Translations under genes and position numbers: made by a program | The notes under the pieces: generated by a model | Told to the model about the DNA's origin: nothing | The model's input: only the letters and a program-made list of their open reading frames with translations | The model's database searches: none | NCBI GenBank assembly: GCA_965249575.1 | Contig: OZ252244.1 | Location: forward strand, 384,001 to 448,000 | Direction of reading: 5' to 3' | DNA from: Gemmatimonadales bacterium | GTDB lineage: Bacteria; Gemmatimonadota; Gemmatimonadetes; Gemmatimonadales; GWC2-71-9 | Length of the DNA: 64,000 bases | Shown here: positions 11,018 to 22,967 of the stretch, one piece after another | Layout: the number at the start of each line of letters is the position of its first letter | How positions within the stretch are numbered: position 1 is the stretch's first letter

Positions 11018-11371
11018 TTGGTCGTGCCCATCGGCCTCTACTCCAAACTCTACAGCGGGATCGGCGCGCACTGGGTGAACAACCGGCTGGGTGGCGTGTT
11101 CTATGAGGTCTTCTGGTGCTTTGGCGCCCTCTGCCTCCTCCCCGCTGCCCGCCCCCGTGCGATCGCCGGTTGGGTCTTCGCAATCACCTGCGCGTTGGAG
11201 ACGCTGCAGCTCTGGCATCCGCCGACGCTCGAGCGATTGCGCGAGACGGCGATCGGGGCCACGATCCTCGGCGCGTCCTTCGACCCGTGGGACTTTCCGT
11301 ACTACGTGGTGGGCGCGGCGATGGGCTGGAGCTTAATGGCTTGGGTGCAGGGCGGTGCCGACCGCGGGTGA
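11018..11371 (+). CDS. DUF2809-like membrane protein (start uncertain)
   Basis: GGVFY, ETLQLWHPP.LE.LR.T.IG..ILG.SFDPWD pattern. Confidence 0.65.
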   Translation: MVVPIGLYSKLYSGIGAHWVNNRLGGVFYEVFWCFGALCLLPAARPRAIAGWVFAITCALETLQLWHPPTLERLRETAIGATILGASFDPWDFPYYVVGAAMGWSLMAWVQGGADRG

Positions 11372-11590
11372 TACCCGCGGTTCCTGGACTGACGTCCAGC
11401 CGCGAGATCTCACGTCCTGAGGGAGCCCCGCCGGTGGCACCGCGGGCTTCAGCCCGCGAACACGCACCCCGTCCCCGTCGTCTCGATTCGCACGCCGTTG
11501 AAAAACGGAATTTGCCGGTACATCCTTGATGCAAGGAACACGGGTCCAGTCGGCCCCTACGTTGAGACAACCAACGCGGAGACCAATCAC

Positions 11591-11836
11591 ATGGAGCATC
11601 GCTCAAAACCATTTCTCGCAGCCGTCCTAGGCCTCACAATCATTTCACTCGGTTGTTCCCCAGCGAAGGGCGCATGTGTCCGAGGGACCGGGATTACGCG
11701 CTCCTGTGGCAACGATTTCACCAGCGCTAGTTGCGGTCTCATCGGGGGGAACACCTTCTACGAGAATCTGACGTGCGCGGACGTCGGATTCACTTCGAGC
11801 AACCGGGTAATCCAGGGGAACAGCAATAGCCCCTAA
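11591..11836 (+). CDS. small Cys-rich lipoprotein
   Basis: GGAG RBS, signal peptide ending in SLGC, four further Cys in a GACV..C..C..GG..C pattern. Confidence 0.6.
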   Translation: MEHRSKPFLAAVLGLTIISLGCSPAKGACVRGTGITRSCGNDFTSASCGLIGGNTFYENLTCADVGFTSSNRVIQGNSNSP

Positions 11837-13088
11837 CCGGGCTTGTGGCACGAGGGCCTACTCTCCCATCCCTACGCGTCTCCTGAGCATCTCGCGGATC
11901 AGCTGGACGAAAGCGACACACGGAGATCAGCGCCGAGTCGTCACGCGCGAGGTAGAGAACTTCACGCTCCGGGTCCATGACCCAGTCCGCCACGGGGCCC
12001 GGAAGCGGCGCCACTCGGAATGCCGGCCGGACGCCTTCCCGGTCCAGAACGGAAATCGGCCCTACTGCCGTGTCAGCGAGCAGGCCGATCGAATCCCGAG
12101 CGAACATCGTGAGTCGGGGATACCCGAGCCACGTATCCTGGACCGTATGCAGCAGCGTTCTACCGAAAATGGTGTCGGCGGACCCATCGGGACTGACACC
12201 GATCTTGACCGGAACCGCCAACGCAGAGTCTTGATAGAATGCCGGCGGCCCCAATCGATATCCAAGCCATGGCTTCCCGTGCCCCCCGACCTGCATGTCA
12301 ACGCGGAGGATGTCTCCAGGATGGTACAACCGGGACTCTTGTCGGAGTCCATTGTCAGCGGAACAGTCGGCCACTCGCCAGTCGGCCAGTCGAGAGGAGT
12401 CTGGGACAGCCGACTCGCGCACCGAAACCTCGGCGACGGCCCCCACGCCCGCGTAGGTCGCCACTATCTGCGCCAGCCCAGCTTGCAGCGCCGTTACGTC
12501 TCCACCCGGGTCGACGCTGGCAACCGCCGGATGCAGCGTCGCCCACCGAGGGATTACATCGAGCGTGTCCCCCGCTTCATCCACGACTCGTGCGGTCAGT
12601 CGAGCCGTCTCTCCCACATCCATCGCGAGCTCTGTGGGCTCTACCGTTACCGCAACCCCTCCAATTCTTATCTCTAGAGGCAGGTCTCCCATGAGCGGGC
12701 GTAGCGTGAAACCCAGCGTGGGATTCTCTCCCTCTTCGACTGCAATCGTGGCCGACCCTCGATGGGTCTCTACGCCCTGGGCATCGAGTATCCGAGCGGT
12801 GATGGTGACCTCGGATCCCACGGGAATCGTAATGATTCCCGTCGCCCACCCGTCGTCATCGATCTCGAGATTGAATACAAGGGGAGATGCGAGGGTCGAT
12901 GCTGTGACCTCGACGATCACTCCCTGAACTCCCGCGATGCCGGAAACGTCCAGCGACACCGAGGTAGTCAGCTCATTCGACTGGTCTGTCGGGTCGCTGG
13001 TTACCGAGCAGGATGCGACGAACGACGCGGCGGCGAGAGCAACTAGTCTGGCGACGGCGCGGGGTTGGAGGATGCGATTCATCAGCAT
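11790..13088 (-). CDS. lipoprotein with bacterial Ig-like (Big_2) domain, probably 3'-truncated
   Basis: lipobox VASC; VTVEP..W.T..PAVASVD..G.VTA..AG.AQIVAT; C-terminus breaks into non-protein-like sequence just after a propeller-like start. Confidence 0.6.
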   Translation of the reverse strand: MLMNRILQPRAVARLVALAAASFVASCSVTSDPTDQSNELTTSVSLDVSGIAGVQGVIVEVTASTLASPLVFNLEIDDDGWATGIITIPVGSEVTITARILDAQGVETHRGSATIAVEEGENPTLGFTLRPLMGDLPLEIRIGGVAVTVEPTELAMDVGETARLTARVVDEAGDTLDVIPRWATLHPAVASVDPGGDVTALQAGLAQIVATYAGVGAVAEVSVRESAVPDSSRLADWRVADCSADNGLRQESRLYHPGDILRVDMQVGGHGKPWLGYRLGPPAFYQDSALAVPVKIGVSPDGSADTIFGRTLLHTVQDTWLGYPRLTMFARDSIGLLADTAVGPISVLDREGVRPAFRVAPLPGPVADWVMDPEREVLYLARDDSALISVCRFRPADPRDAQETRRDGRVGPRATSPVRGYCCSPGLPGCSK

Positions 13089-13456
13089 GCCAGACGCTCA
13101 ACGGCAGCCGAGGCGGGAACCCGCTGATGGGACCGATCGATAGGCATTGCCGGCATCCTGGACGACATACGTCAGTGTGTAGCTCCGACCGGCGGGCCGC
13201 AAGGAGTCCTGGATGCGCAGCGACCTGTGTTGGAAACAGCCAAGAGCCGGCGCCTCTGGCCTGTCGCCGACCTCAAATATTACGCATGGGCATTGGGTAG
13301 TTGCTGGGCGTGTCTGACCGCGGATGAGACCCGCGACTCTCAGCCGCAACCAGCACGTCCTAGCCACCCGCGGACGCGGAGTGCAGTTTCAGGGACAGAA
13401 TAATCGGCACACGAATCCGACCCCGCGCTTCGCTCGGCGAATCAGAGAGGTGACCC

Positions 13457-14842
13457 ATGAAAACGCTTGCCCTATCGAGTCTCGCGCTCTTAGCCCTCAT
13501 GGCGCCGGCGAGCGCCCTAGCCCAGGCTACAGATCACGCGTCGCTCTACACGCCTGGGGAGCACTACAGCCGGAACATCAAACTGCTCTCCCACATCCCG
13601 CTGGGGCGGATGTTCACGGTGGCGGACATCGAGATCGAGCAGGAGCCGTCCCGCCCGTTCGTCTACGTAGCGCGCATGCACGGGATCACCAGCTCCACCG
13701 GGACCACCGTCATCAGCGTCAAGGACCCCGAGAACGCCAAGGTGCTCTACACCTGGCGGATCGAAGAGCCGGAGCTGCACCGCGGATACGGTGCTCTGGA
13801 CAACAAGTACTTCAAACACGCGGGCCGCTATTACGACATCCAGTCCGTTCAGATGATCTCGGGCAGTCCGAACTACGACCTGGGCGCCTTGGTCTTCGAC
13901 GTGACGGGCCTGCCCGACACCAGCACGTTCAAGGAAGTGGCGCGGATTCGCGCGCCGGACGCTCCGGGCGGCTTCCACAACATCTACGCCTACAAGCACT
14001 CCGACGGCCGGCCCCTGCTCTTCGCCACCACTATGGCGCCCTTCGCCAACATCTACGACATGAGTCGAGTCGTGTCCGGCGACGTTGCTCGTGCATTGAT
14101 CGGCAAGGTGCCGGTGCCTGACGAAGCATACGCCATGCGTCCCGGCCGAGCGTACCACGATTTTCACGTGGCCTATGACCCGGCCAGGCGGCGGGACGTC
14201 TTCTACGGCGGCGGGAGCGGCGGCTTCCATCTCTACGACGTCTCGCGACCCGAGGAGCCAAAGCTCATCACGTCCGGCATGGGCATCGCCGGCGTCCGGT
14301 CCGGGCACACGTTCACGCCCACGCCGGACGGCCGCTACGTTGTGTTGGAGACCGAGTACCAGTATGCCCCGCTCCGGATCTTCGATCTGAAGCCGGCATT
14401 GGACGGCGAGGTGAGGACCCTCAGCCGGCCCATCGGCGCATGGACCGCGCGCTGGCAGGGCCTGCCTCACAACCACGAGGTTCGCTGGCCCTACGTGTTC
14501 GTCTCGGGCTACGAGGACGGCTTCCACGTCTTCAACATGATGGACCCCACCAATCCCTACACCGTCGGCTTCTACGACACCTACGACGGGAAGCACCTAC
14601 GGGGTTGGGGCGGTCCCGACACGCCGGAGATACCGCGCTACGGCGTCTCGAACGGCTCCTTCGGCGTGGACATCCGGAACGCCGACGGCCTCATCGTTGC
14701 CAGCGACATGACCACGGGCTTTTGGGCGTTCAAGATGGACGGGTTCGACGGCTGGAACGGGCACCAGTGGGGCATGCCAAACATCTCGAGCGAGCAGGAC
14801 TGGGACAACGGGCCGGAAGGAGCGCCGGCGCCGGTGAGCTGA
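13457..14842 (+). CDS. secreted LVIVD-repeat-like beta-propeller protein, paralogue 1
   Basis: signal peptide, YDVSRPEEPKL and NMMDPTNPYTVGFYDT blades, His motifs FHN, YHD, GHT, HNHE. Confidence 0.75.
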   Translation: MKTLALSSLALLALMAPASALAQATDHASLYTPGEHYSRNIKLLSHIPLGRMFTVADIEIEQEPSRPFVYVARMHGITSSTGTTVISVKDPENAKVLYTWRIEEPELHRGYGALDNKYFKHAGRYYDIQSVQMISGSPNYDLGALVFDVTGLPDTSTFKEVARIRAPDAPGGFHNIYAYKHSDGRPLLFATTMAPFANIYDMSRVVSGDVARALIGKVPVPDEAYAMRPGRAYHDFHVAYDPARRRDVFYGGGSGGFHLYDVSRPEEPKLITSGMGIAGVRSGHTFTPTPDGRYVVLETEYQYAPLRIFDLKPALDGEVRTLSRPIGAWTARWQGLPHNHEVRWPYVFVSGYEDGFHVFNMMDPTNPYTVGFYDTYDGKHLRGWGGPDTPEIPRYGVSNGSFGVDIRNADGLIVASDMTTGFWAFKMDGFDGWNGHQWGMPNISSEQDWDNGPEGAPAPVS

Positions 14843-14872
14843 GGGACAGGCCCGGTCCCACTACGCTGCCCC

Positions 14873-14964
14873 GAGTGAGGAGTGAGCAGTAAGGAGGCTG
14901 CCGTGCCCCACCCCAACGCACACGGGAAGGGGCGGGAGGCCTGTTTACTCCTTACCCCTCACTG
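14873..14964. repeat. intergenic heptamer tandem repeat with inverted half
   Basis: GAGTGAG GAGTGAG CAGTAAG followed by TTTACTC CTTACCC CTCACTG. Confidence 0.55.
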
Positions 14965-15050
14965 GTAAGGGGCGATGAGGGGAGACTCACCCGACTCCTC
15001 GCTCGGCGGGGCGGGGAGAGGACGGATCACCCGACACCTTGGAGCAACCA

Positions 15051-16436
15051 ATGAAGTCCCGCATCATTTCTGGCCTGGCGCTCTTGATGCTCGCGGCCGT
15101 CACGACCCCAACCCACGCGCAGCACACCGACCACGCGACGCTCTATCCACCCGGCGGGCACTCCAGCCGAAACATCGAGGTGCTGAGCCATCTCCCGCTG
15201 GGGCGGATGTTCACAGTGGCTGACATCGAAATGGAGCAGGAGCTTTCGCGGCCCTATGTGTACGTGTCGCGAATGCAGGGCACCACCTACTCCATGGGGA
15301 CGTCCGTCGTCAGCATCAAGGATCCCGCGAACGCCCGTGTGCTCTACACTTGGCGGATCGAGGACCCGGAGCGGCACCGGGGATACGGTGCCATGGACAA
15401 CAAGTACTTCAAGCACCGGGGCCGCTACTACGACGTGCAGTCAATCCAATTGTCGCAGGGCAGCCCGAACGCCGACCTCGGCGCGGTGGTGTTCGACGTT
15501 ACCGGCCTGCCCGATACGACCCAGTTCAGGGAAGCAGCGCGGATTCGCACGCCGGACACGCCCGGCGGCTTCCACAACATCTTCGCGTACAAACACTCCG
15601 ACGGTCTACCCCTACTCTTCGCCACCACCACCTCGCCGCATGCCAACATCTACGATCTCGGTGGAGTCGTGGCCGGAGAGGGACTGGCCAGCCTGATCGC
15701 GCGAATCGCGGTCCCGGATGCGCCCCCGACGGGCCGCGGAAGCTATCACGACATGTACGCGGGGTACGATCCCGCGACCCGTCAGGACAAGTTCTACGGC
15801 GCGGCCTGGAATTCCGGTTACTACATCTTCGACATCAGCCAGCCCGAGCAGTCCAAGCTCATTACCTCGATCACGGGGGTCGCAGGCGGTGGAAACCAGC
15901 ACACCTTCACGCCGACGCCCGACGGCCGGTACGTCGTCACGGAGATGGAGTACCAGTTCGCGCCGCTTCGCATCTTCGATCTCAAGCCGGGTCTCGACGG
16001 CGAGGTCAAGACGATCTCGCGGCCGATCGGTTCCTGGACGGCGAGGTGGCAGGGTCTGGTGCACAATCACGAGGTGCGCTGGCCGTACGTGTTCGTCTCG
16101 GGCTATGAGGACGGCTTCCACGTCTTCAACATGATGGATCCGACGAACCCCTACACCGTCGGCTTCTACGACACGTTCGACGGTCCTCATCTGCAGGGGT
16201 GGGGCGGGGTGAACAATCCAGAAGCAAACCGCGGCGGTATCGCTAACGGGTCCTCCGGGGTCGACGTCCGAAATGCGGACGGGGTCATCGTCATCAGCGA
16301 CATGACCACGGGCTTTTGGGCCTTCAAGATGGACGGCTTCGACGGCTGGAACGGGCATCAGTGGGGCATGCCGAATGTCTCGAGCGCGCAGGACTGGGAC
16401 AACGGGCCGGAGGGGGCGGGGGCGCCGGTGAGTTGA
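15051..16436 (+). CDS. secreted LVIVD-repeat-like beta-propeller protein, paralogue 2
   Basis: colinear with 13457-14842, with long identical stretches (PLGRMFTVADIE, GFDGWNGHQWGMPN); GGAG RBS. Confidence 0.75.
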   Translation: MKSRIISGLALLMLAAVTTPTHAQHTDHATLYPPGGHSSRNIEVLSHLPLGRMFTVADIEMEQELSRPYVYVSRMQGTTYSMGTSVVSIKDPANARVLYTWRIEDPERHRGYGAMDNKYFKHRGRYYDVQSIQLSQGSPNADLGAVVFDVTGLPDTTQFREAARIRTPDTPGGFHNIFAYKHSDGLPLLFATTTSPHANIYDLGGVVAGEGLASLIARIAVPDAPPTGRGSYHDMYAGYDPATRQDKFYGAAWNSGYYIFDISQPEQSKLITSITGVAGGGNQHTFTPTPDGRYVVTEMEYQFAPLRIFDLKPGLDGEVKTISRPIGSWTARWQGLVHNHEVRWPYVFVSGYEDGFHVFNMMDPTNPYTVGFYDTFDGPHLQGWGGVNNPEANRGGIANGSSGVDVRNADGVIVISDMTTGFWAFKMDGFDGWNGHQWGMPNVSSAQDWDNGPEGAGAPVS

Positions 16437-16590
16437 TAGGGCGTTAGGTAGGAAGTAGGGGGTAGGGATCAGGTGTCAGGATGTACCTGGTAACACCTGG
16501 CACCTGGCACGTGACACCACTGCCACCATGACACCTGGAAGACCGCTTCGAACCTGAGACCCGAAACCAATCACTACTGCTCATTGTGCT
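16437..16590. repeat. intergenic heptamer tandem repeat tract (CACCTGG/CACCTGA family)
   Basis: GTAGGAA GTAGGGG GTAGGGA TCAGGTG TCAGGAT followed by CACCTGG CACCTGG CACGTGA..AACCTGA GACCCGA. Confidence 0.75.
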
Positions 16591-16626
16591 AGGAGCAGCG
16601 TCTCGCGCCTGATCGCCGGCTACGTG

Positions 16627-18153
<1,527 letters not shown>

Positions 18154-18180
18154 CTAGTGAACCGGTGCCGGCCGCGCCAT

Positions 18181-18300
18181 GGGTCGCGGGTGTCAGGTGC
18201 CGGGTGTCAGGTGCCAGTGGCATCGCTTAGGACCTAGCACCTGACCCCCGAAACCTGACACCTAGTTCACCGATACCTGGCACCTGACACCTGACACCTA
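18181..18300. repeat. intergenic heptamer tandem repeat tract
   Basis: GGGTGTC AGGTGCC GGGTGTC AGGTGCC, then inverted CACCTGA..TACCTGG CACCTGA CACCTGA CACCTA. Confidence 0.8.
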
Positions 18301-19836
18301 CCGCACTACCCGCACCAACTCCTCACCCCCATCCGGTCCGGTCCGATACAAAAGGCTGGACGCAGGTCCTCCGCCCGGAGGGAACTCGAAATCCACGACA
18401 CTCCCACCGCCCGTCAACTCGACCCTTAGCATGTCCTCGCTCGCGTCGAAGATCTCGGCACGGCTCCACGCCACACCCATCCAGACCTCGAGCCCGTTCG
18501 CTACGACCCGCCACTCCATTCTCCCAAGCCGTGGGCTCTCGTAGATACCGGCGTAGTCCTCGAGCGGGTGCGCGAGTGCTTCGAGCCGCGCCGCGCGCTC
18601 AGCGAGGTGGCCGGCGAGGCGTCGGTGAACGTCCTCCAGCCGCTTCCGGAAGGTCTCCAGACGCACCGCGTAGTTTTCCTCCAGCCCGGGCTTGCCGAGC
18701 AGGCGATCGTAGACGTAGGTCGCCATGAGATCAGCCGCCGGAGATGCGGGGCCAGCCGCGTCACTAGTACGATGACTCCGATCCCGTGTTCAGGCATGAA
18801 CGACATGTGGGACCGATATCCGGAGAACGAGCCGAAGCGGTGCACCACGGTGTCGCGTTCGTACGTGCCCAGGTCCCACCCGTACCCCCAGCCAAACCGA
18901 TGAAACGGTCCGAACTCGCGGTCCTGATCGGCGTGTTTCCGGTGCGTCGCCTCCAAGGCGTTGCGACGCAGTATGATGGCTTCGCGATCGACCGCTCTCC
19001 CGCTCAGGTGCGCGGCAACGAACCGCGCCAGATCCCGCGGGGTGGCGAAGTGTCCTCCCGCGGCGTGCATGTTCGCGTCTGCTTTTCGTAGGGGGAGCCG
19101 CTCGAATCCCGAGCCCGCGACGCCATGCGGGAGGGCGATTCGCTGCGTGGGGATGCGGGACACGTATGCGCTCGTCTGCTCCATCCCCATGGGGTCGAGC
19201 ACCTCCTGGCGTACGACCTCTTTCCAGCTCTCGGAGCTCGTGCTCTCGAGGACCATTCCCAGAATGGTTGTAGCCGAGGTTCCCGTAGGCAAATCGACGC
19301 CCGGAAGGCGATGGACCGTATTCCTCGAGGAGGTCGATGAGCTTCTCGTGCGTGAAGTCACCGGTGAAGGCCGTGCGGAACACGACCGGCCCTCGATCTT
19401 CGATGCCGTGGGTCATGGTCAGGTGATCGTGAATCGTCACGGAGTCGGCGTCGAGCGGCGGCCGGAAGCGGAGCTCCTGCACGAACGCCGTGATGGGCGC
19501 GCGGAGGTCGATCACTCCTCGATCGGCCAGTGCGACCACGGCGGTCGCCGTGAGTGCTTTGGAGCTCGAGGCGATGTAAAACGCGGTTTCCGCATCGACC
19601 CGCCGGCCACCGTCCATGTCAGCGACGCCAAATCCCCGCACGTGTAGCACCCAGTCGTTGTGGACAACAGCCACGCCCATCCCAGGCACGGCACCCATCT
19701 CTACGAGCTGCTCCGCGAACCTGTCTACGTCCGATCGCCAGTCGCCGCCGATCAGCGCCTGGGCCCGTGCCGAGCTTGGCAAGACGAGGACACTCATCGC
19801 GACCCCCAAGCGGGTCGAGTGGGATATGCCTCTCAT
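18298..19836 (-). pseudogene. serine hydrolase (beta-lactamase class C-like) with two frameshifts
   Basis: FYIASSSK (SxxK) and YGN motifs, then a shift near 19266 into ILGMVLE..LDPMGM..HRFGSFSGY, then a shift near 18761 into the C-terminal domain. Confidence 0.82.
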
Positions 19837-20322
19837 CACTGAGACTCCTTCCTTGTCCCCAGAACGGGCTTCATACATGGAAGGTAAATGAGGTCCCGCA
19901 GCGGACCTCGAACGAATCGAACCGAGGGGGTGCGGATGCGCTGGTGAACCCGATCCGAGAAACCCCGTGTCCGAGGATGGATCCTTGGTTCGACGCTCGC
20001 CATCCCCGAAAGTCGTTCGGGAGGCCGTACCGGCTCGATCGCGGGTGATGACACTGTAGACGAGTGCAAGATTCCTGAAGTTTCACAACGTAACAACGCG
20101 TAGCGATTATCGGGCTGACGAAGGACAAGTTCATGGCTCGCACCACGTGAACCCGACCGTCCAACAAGACGGCCCCAAGCAGGCGCTCGCGGACTCGAGG
20201 TCCGCATGGGTGTGGCGTGGAGCCGCGCCGAGGTCTTCGACGGTGCCTGACGACCGCTTGCGAGCGGCATGGTCAATCTGGCTCTGGGACGGTGGCCGCA
20301 CCGCCGTTAGATTGCCCCCGCA

Positions 20323-21115
20323 GTGATCTCCGTTTCCAACCTCGCGAAATCGTTCGGTGACCGGACCTTGTTCGCCGGGGCATCGTTCCAGCTCAACCCG
20401 GCCGAGCGGTACGGACTCGTCGGCGCCAACGGTTCGGGCAAGACCACGCTGCTCCGGATTCTGAGCGGCGACCTCGCCCCTGACGGCGGCACCGTCTCCG
20501 TTGCAAAGCGGCTTCGGCTCGGCGTGCTCCGTCAGGATCAGTTCATCCACGACGAGCAGGAAATCCTCGGCCTCGCCCTCCAAGGCAATCCGGAACTGTC
20601 GGCGACAACGAGGTGCTGCACGGTGTCGACCTCACGGTCGTCCGCGGCGATCGCCTCGCCATCATGGGGCCGAACGGCATCGGCAAATCGACCCTCCTGA
20701 AGATCGTGATGGGCCAGCTCGAAGCCGATGCCGGGCAGGTGGAGTGGGGGTACGAGACCCATCTCGGCTACTTCGCCCAGGACCACCGAGCGGAATTCGA
20801 CGCGCGGGACAGCACCGCCGAGCAATGGGTCTGGGGCTTTTGTCCCGAGCGCGACTTCGGATATGTGCGCGGCGCCATGGGTTCGCTACTCTTCTCCGGA
20901 GACGACGGCAAGAACCCCCTGAGCGCGCTGTCCGGCTGCACGAGATCGACGGGCTGTTTTGCGAACCGGACTATTTTGCTCGGACGCCAACCGAAGAGGT
21001 TCGCGCCCGTGAGGCCGAGCGCCAGGATCTCCAGAACGAGCTCGCGGATCTCATGGCCGAGTGGGAGCGCGTCGAGCATGAGTGCGCAGCAGTCGAACTG
21101 TCAGGGCAGACATGA
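20323..21115 (+). pseudogene. ABC-F family ATPase remnant with two internal deletions
   Basis: first Walker A (GANGSGKTT) segment, second Walker A (GPNGIGKST) segment cut at LSG, and the C-terminal coiled-coil; the three pieces lie in different frames and total only about 790 bp. Confidence 0.8.
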
Positions 21116-21191
21116 AGTCGCCGAACGCCCGAGAGTACAGCCACCGCGCGACGCTGGCGCAATCATGCGGTTCGGCTTGGGCCGACTCCAC

Positions 21192-21647
21192 TTGAAGATT
21201 TGGATCGACGCGGACGCCGCCCCACGCGACGTGAAGGAGCTGGTCTTCCGGGCGGCAAAGCGCCTCAGCGTCCCCACCGTGCTCGTGGCCAACCAGCGGC
21301 TGCAGCTGCCGGTAGACAATCCCCTCGTCACGGCCGTGTGGGTCGAGGGCGGTCCCGACGTCGCTGACCAACACATCGCGACGGCGGCCGAGTCCGGGGA
21401 TCTGGTGGTAACCCAGGACATCCCGCTGGCAGCGTTGCTGGTCCCCAAGGGCGTAGCGGTCTTGGATCCGCGGGGTGACGAGCACACGTCCGCGACCATC
21501 GGCGAGCGACTCTCCGTCCGAGACTTCATGGACCAACTTCGAACAGCAGGAGCGGTGACCGGCGGACCTCCCCCGTACGACGTGCAAGCGAAGCAAGCCT
21601 TCGCTTCGGCGCTGGACCGGACTCTCACCCGCCTGCTCCGGGCCTAG
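21192..21647 (+). CDS. YaiI/YqxD (UPF0178) family protein
   Basis: [44 protein letters not shown]. Confidence 0.85.
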   Translation: MKIWIDADAAPRDVKELVFRAAKRLSVPTVLVANQRLQLPVDNPLVTAVWVEGGPDVADQHIATAAESGDLVVTQDIPLAALLVPKGVAVLDPRGDEHTSATIGERLSVRDFMDQLRTAGAVTGGPPPYDVQAKQAFASALDRTLTRLLRA

Positions 21648-21739
21648 TGGCGCGTGGACGGTTAACCGGCGCAAGCCACCGGAAGGGGCATTCAATCCCT
21701 GAGCACATGCACCCTTCTCTCGTTGCGGAGCGGCCGCCC

Positions 21740-22222
21740 GTGGTCCTGTTCCTCAAGAACCTGCTGTTCACTGTCGCCGTGCCGGGCACCGTCGCCGGGC
21801 TCCTGCCGTGGTGATTGTTCGGTCCATACAATCCGCTGGCGAACCACGTGATCCCCGTGGGAGCCGGCGGTATTCTCATGGCGTTGGGACTCACGTTGTT
21901 TTTCGCGTGTGTCTGGCCGTTCGCAACCTTCGGCAGAGGAACACCAGCGCCGATCGATGCACCCATCCACTTGATCGTTGCCGGCCCCTACCGTTACGTG
22001 CGGAACCCAATGTATATCGCCGTTCTGTTCTTCGGGCAGGCGATCATCCTGCTCTCGCCCGGTCTCGCCCTATACGGCCTCGCGGTCGGTATGGTGTTTT
22101 CACTGTTCGTGGTCGGTTATGAAGAGGTTGCGCTGCGGAACCGGTTCGGCGATGAATATGAGCGTTACTACAGTCGGGTACCGCGGTGGATTCCGCGAAT
22201 ATCGAAGGACGAAGAGTCATGA
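21740..22222 (+). pseudogene. isoprenylcysteine carboxyl methyltransferase/PEMT family gene with an in-frame TGA
   Basis: GRGTPAPID..L...GPYRYVRNPMY..EE..L..RFG..Y..Y..RVPRW; the N-terminus (VLFLKNLLFTVAVPGTVAGLLPW) is cut off by TGA at 21812-21814. Confidence 0.75.
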
Positions 22223-22629
22223 ACGCTCGGCACTTGTTTGCGACCCTAGTCGTATTTCAGGCGGCGCATTCCCTCGAGGAAACCACGTTCGGTCTGTATC
22301 GCTGGCTGCCATACATCAACTGGATCGACGAACGGTGGCCGGGCGGCGCCTTCCTGGTCTTCGTGCTCATCAACGCGTCGTTCGTCTTGTTCGGCGGATG
22401 GTGCTACGTGGCCCGCGTCAAGCCAAGAGCGCCGAGTGCAGGCGTCTTCGTAATGCTGTGGGTCACTGTCGAGATATTGAACGGTATCTTACACCCAACC
22501 TGGTCGTTCGTTGTCGGCGACTACGTCCCAGGAACATTCACCGCGCCTTTTCTGTTGGTTGTCGCATCGCTGCTGCTCTGGCGCTGGTCAAGCGAAGCGA
22601 CAGCCCGACCGACCTATCCGGAAGCCTGA
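22219..22629 (+). CDS. HXXEE-domain membrane protein
   Basis: HSLEE, NGILH and YVPG motifs; ATGA overlap with the upstream gene. Confidence 0.75.
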   Translation: MNARHLFATLVVFQAAHSLEETTFGLYRWLPYINWIDERWPGGAFLVFVLINASFVLFGGWCYVARVKPRAPSAGVFVMLWVTVEILNGILHPTWSFVVGDYVPGTFTAPFLLVVASLLLWRWSSEATARPTYPEA

Positions 22630-22967
22630 GGCTCCTTCCTGGCACTCTCCCTCATGACGACCCCTGCCAGGAGAACGGGCACCACCGACGCGAATCCGAA
22701 TGCGATCTTCCCCGTCAGGAGCAACATTACGGCAGAGCCCAAGAACGTCACTGCCGCGGCGGACGCGCCCCAAATTCTCGTGTTCTTGAGTGTCAATAGA
22801 GCACCCCCGGTCAGCTGTACCAGGCCGAATACGACGACCGCGCTGCCCCCGAGCCCCGCGCTCTCGAAGAAACCCACTTCCTCCGGCAGCCGTGCGACCT
22901 TCGGAATCCCGGCGGTCATGCTCAGAAGTGTCACGAGAACCAGGTTGACCCTCAGTAGGATGTTCAT
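22614..22967 (-). CDS. small membrane protein, DoxX-like
   Basis: four hydrophobic helices, AGIPK, G.VQL.GG.LL; abuts the stop of the upstream dehydrogenase. Confidence 0.6.
   Translation of the reverse strand: MNILLRVNLVLVTLLSMTAGIPKVARLPEEVGFFESAGLGGSAVVVFGLVQLTGGALLTLKNTRIWGASAAAVTFLGSAVMLLLTGKIAFGFASVVPVLLAGVVMRESARKEPQASG

Noticed and set aside
13457..16436. Diversity-generating retroelement template/variable repeats among the propeller paralogues
   Set aside because: The similar stretches all lie within full-length paralogous ORFs, the differences I compared are mostly synonymous and not adenine-specific, and there is no reverse transcriptase in the window.
20159..20312. Integron attC site (GTCCAAC ... 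GTTAGAT just before the ABC-F start; also GTTAGGC before the DUF5671-like gene at about 29640)
   Set aside because: Core 7-mers are present, but the inner L boxes and palindrome are unconvincing, no array is evident and I saw no IntI-type features in the integrase. An attC covariance-model search would settle it.
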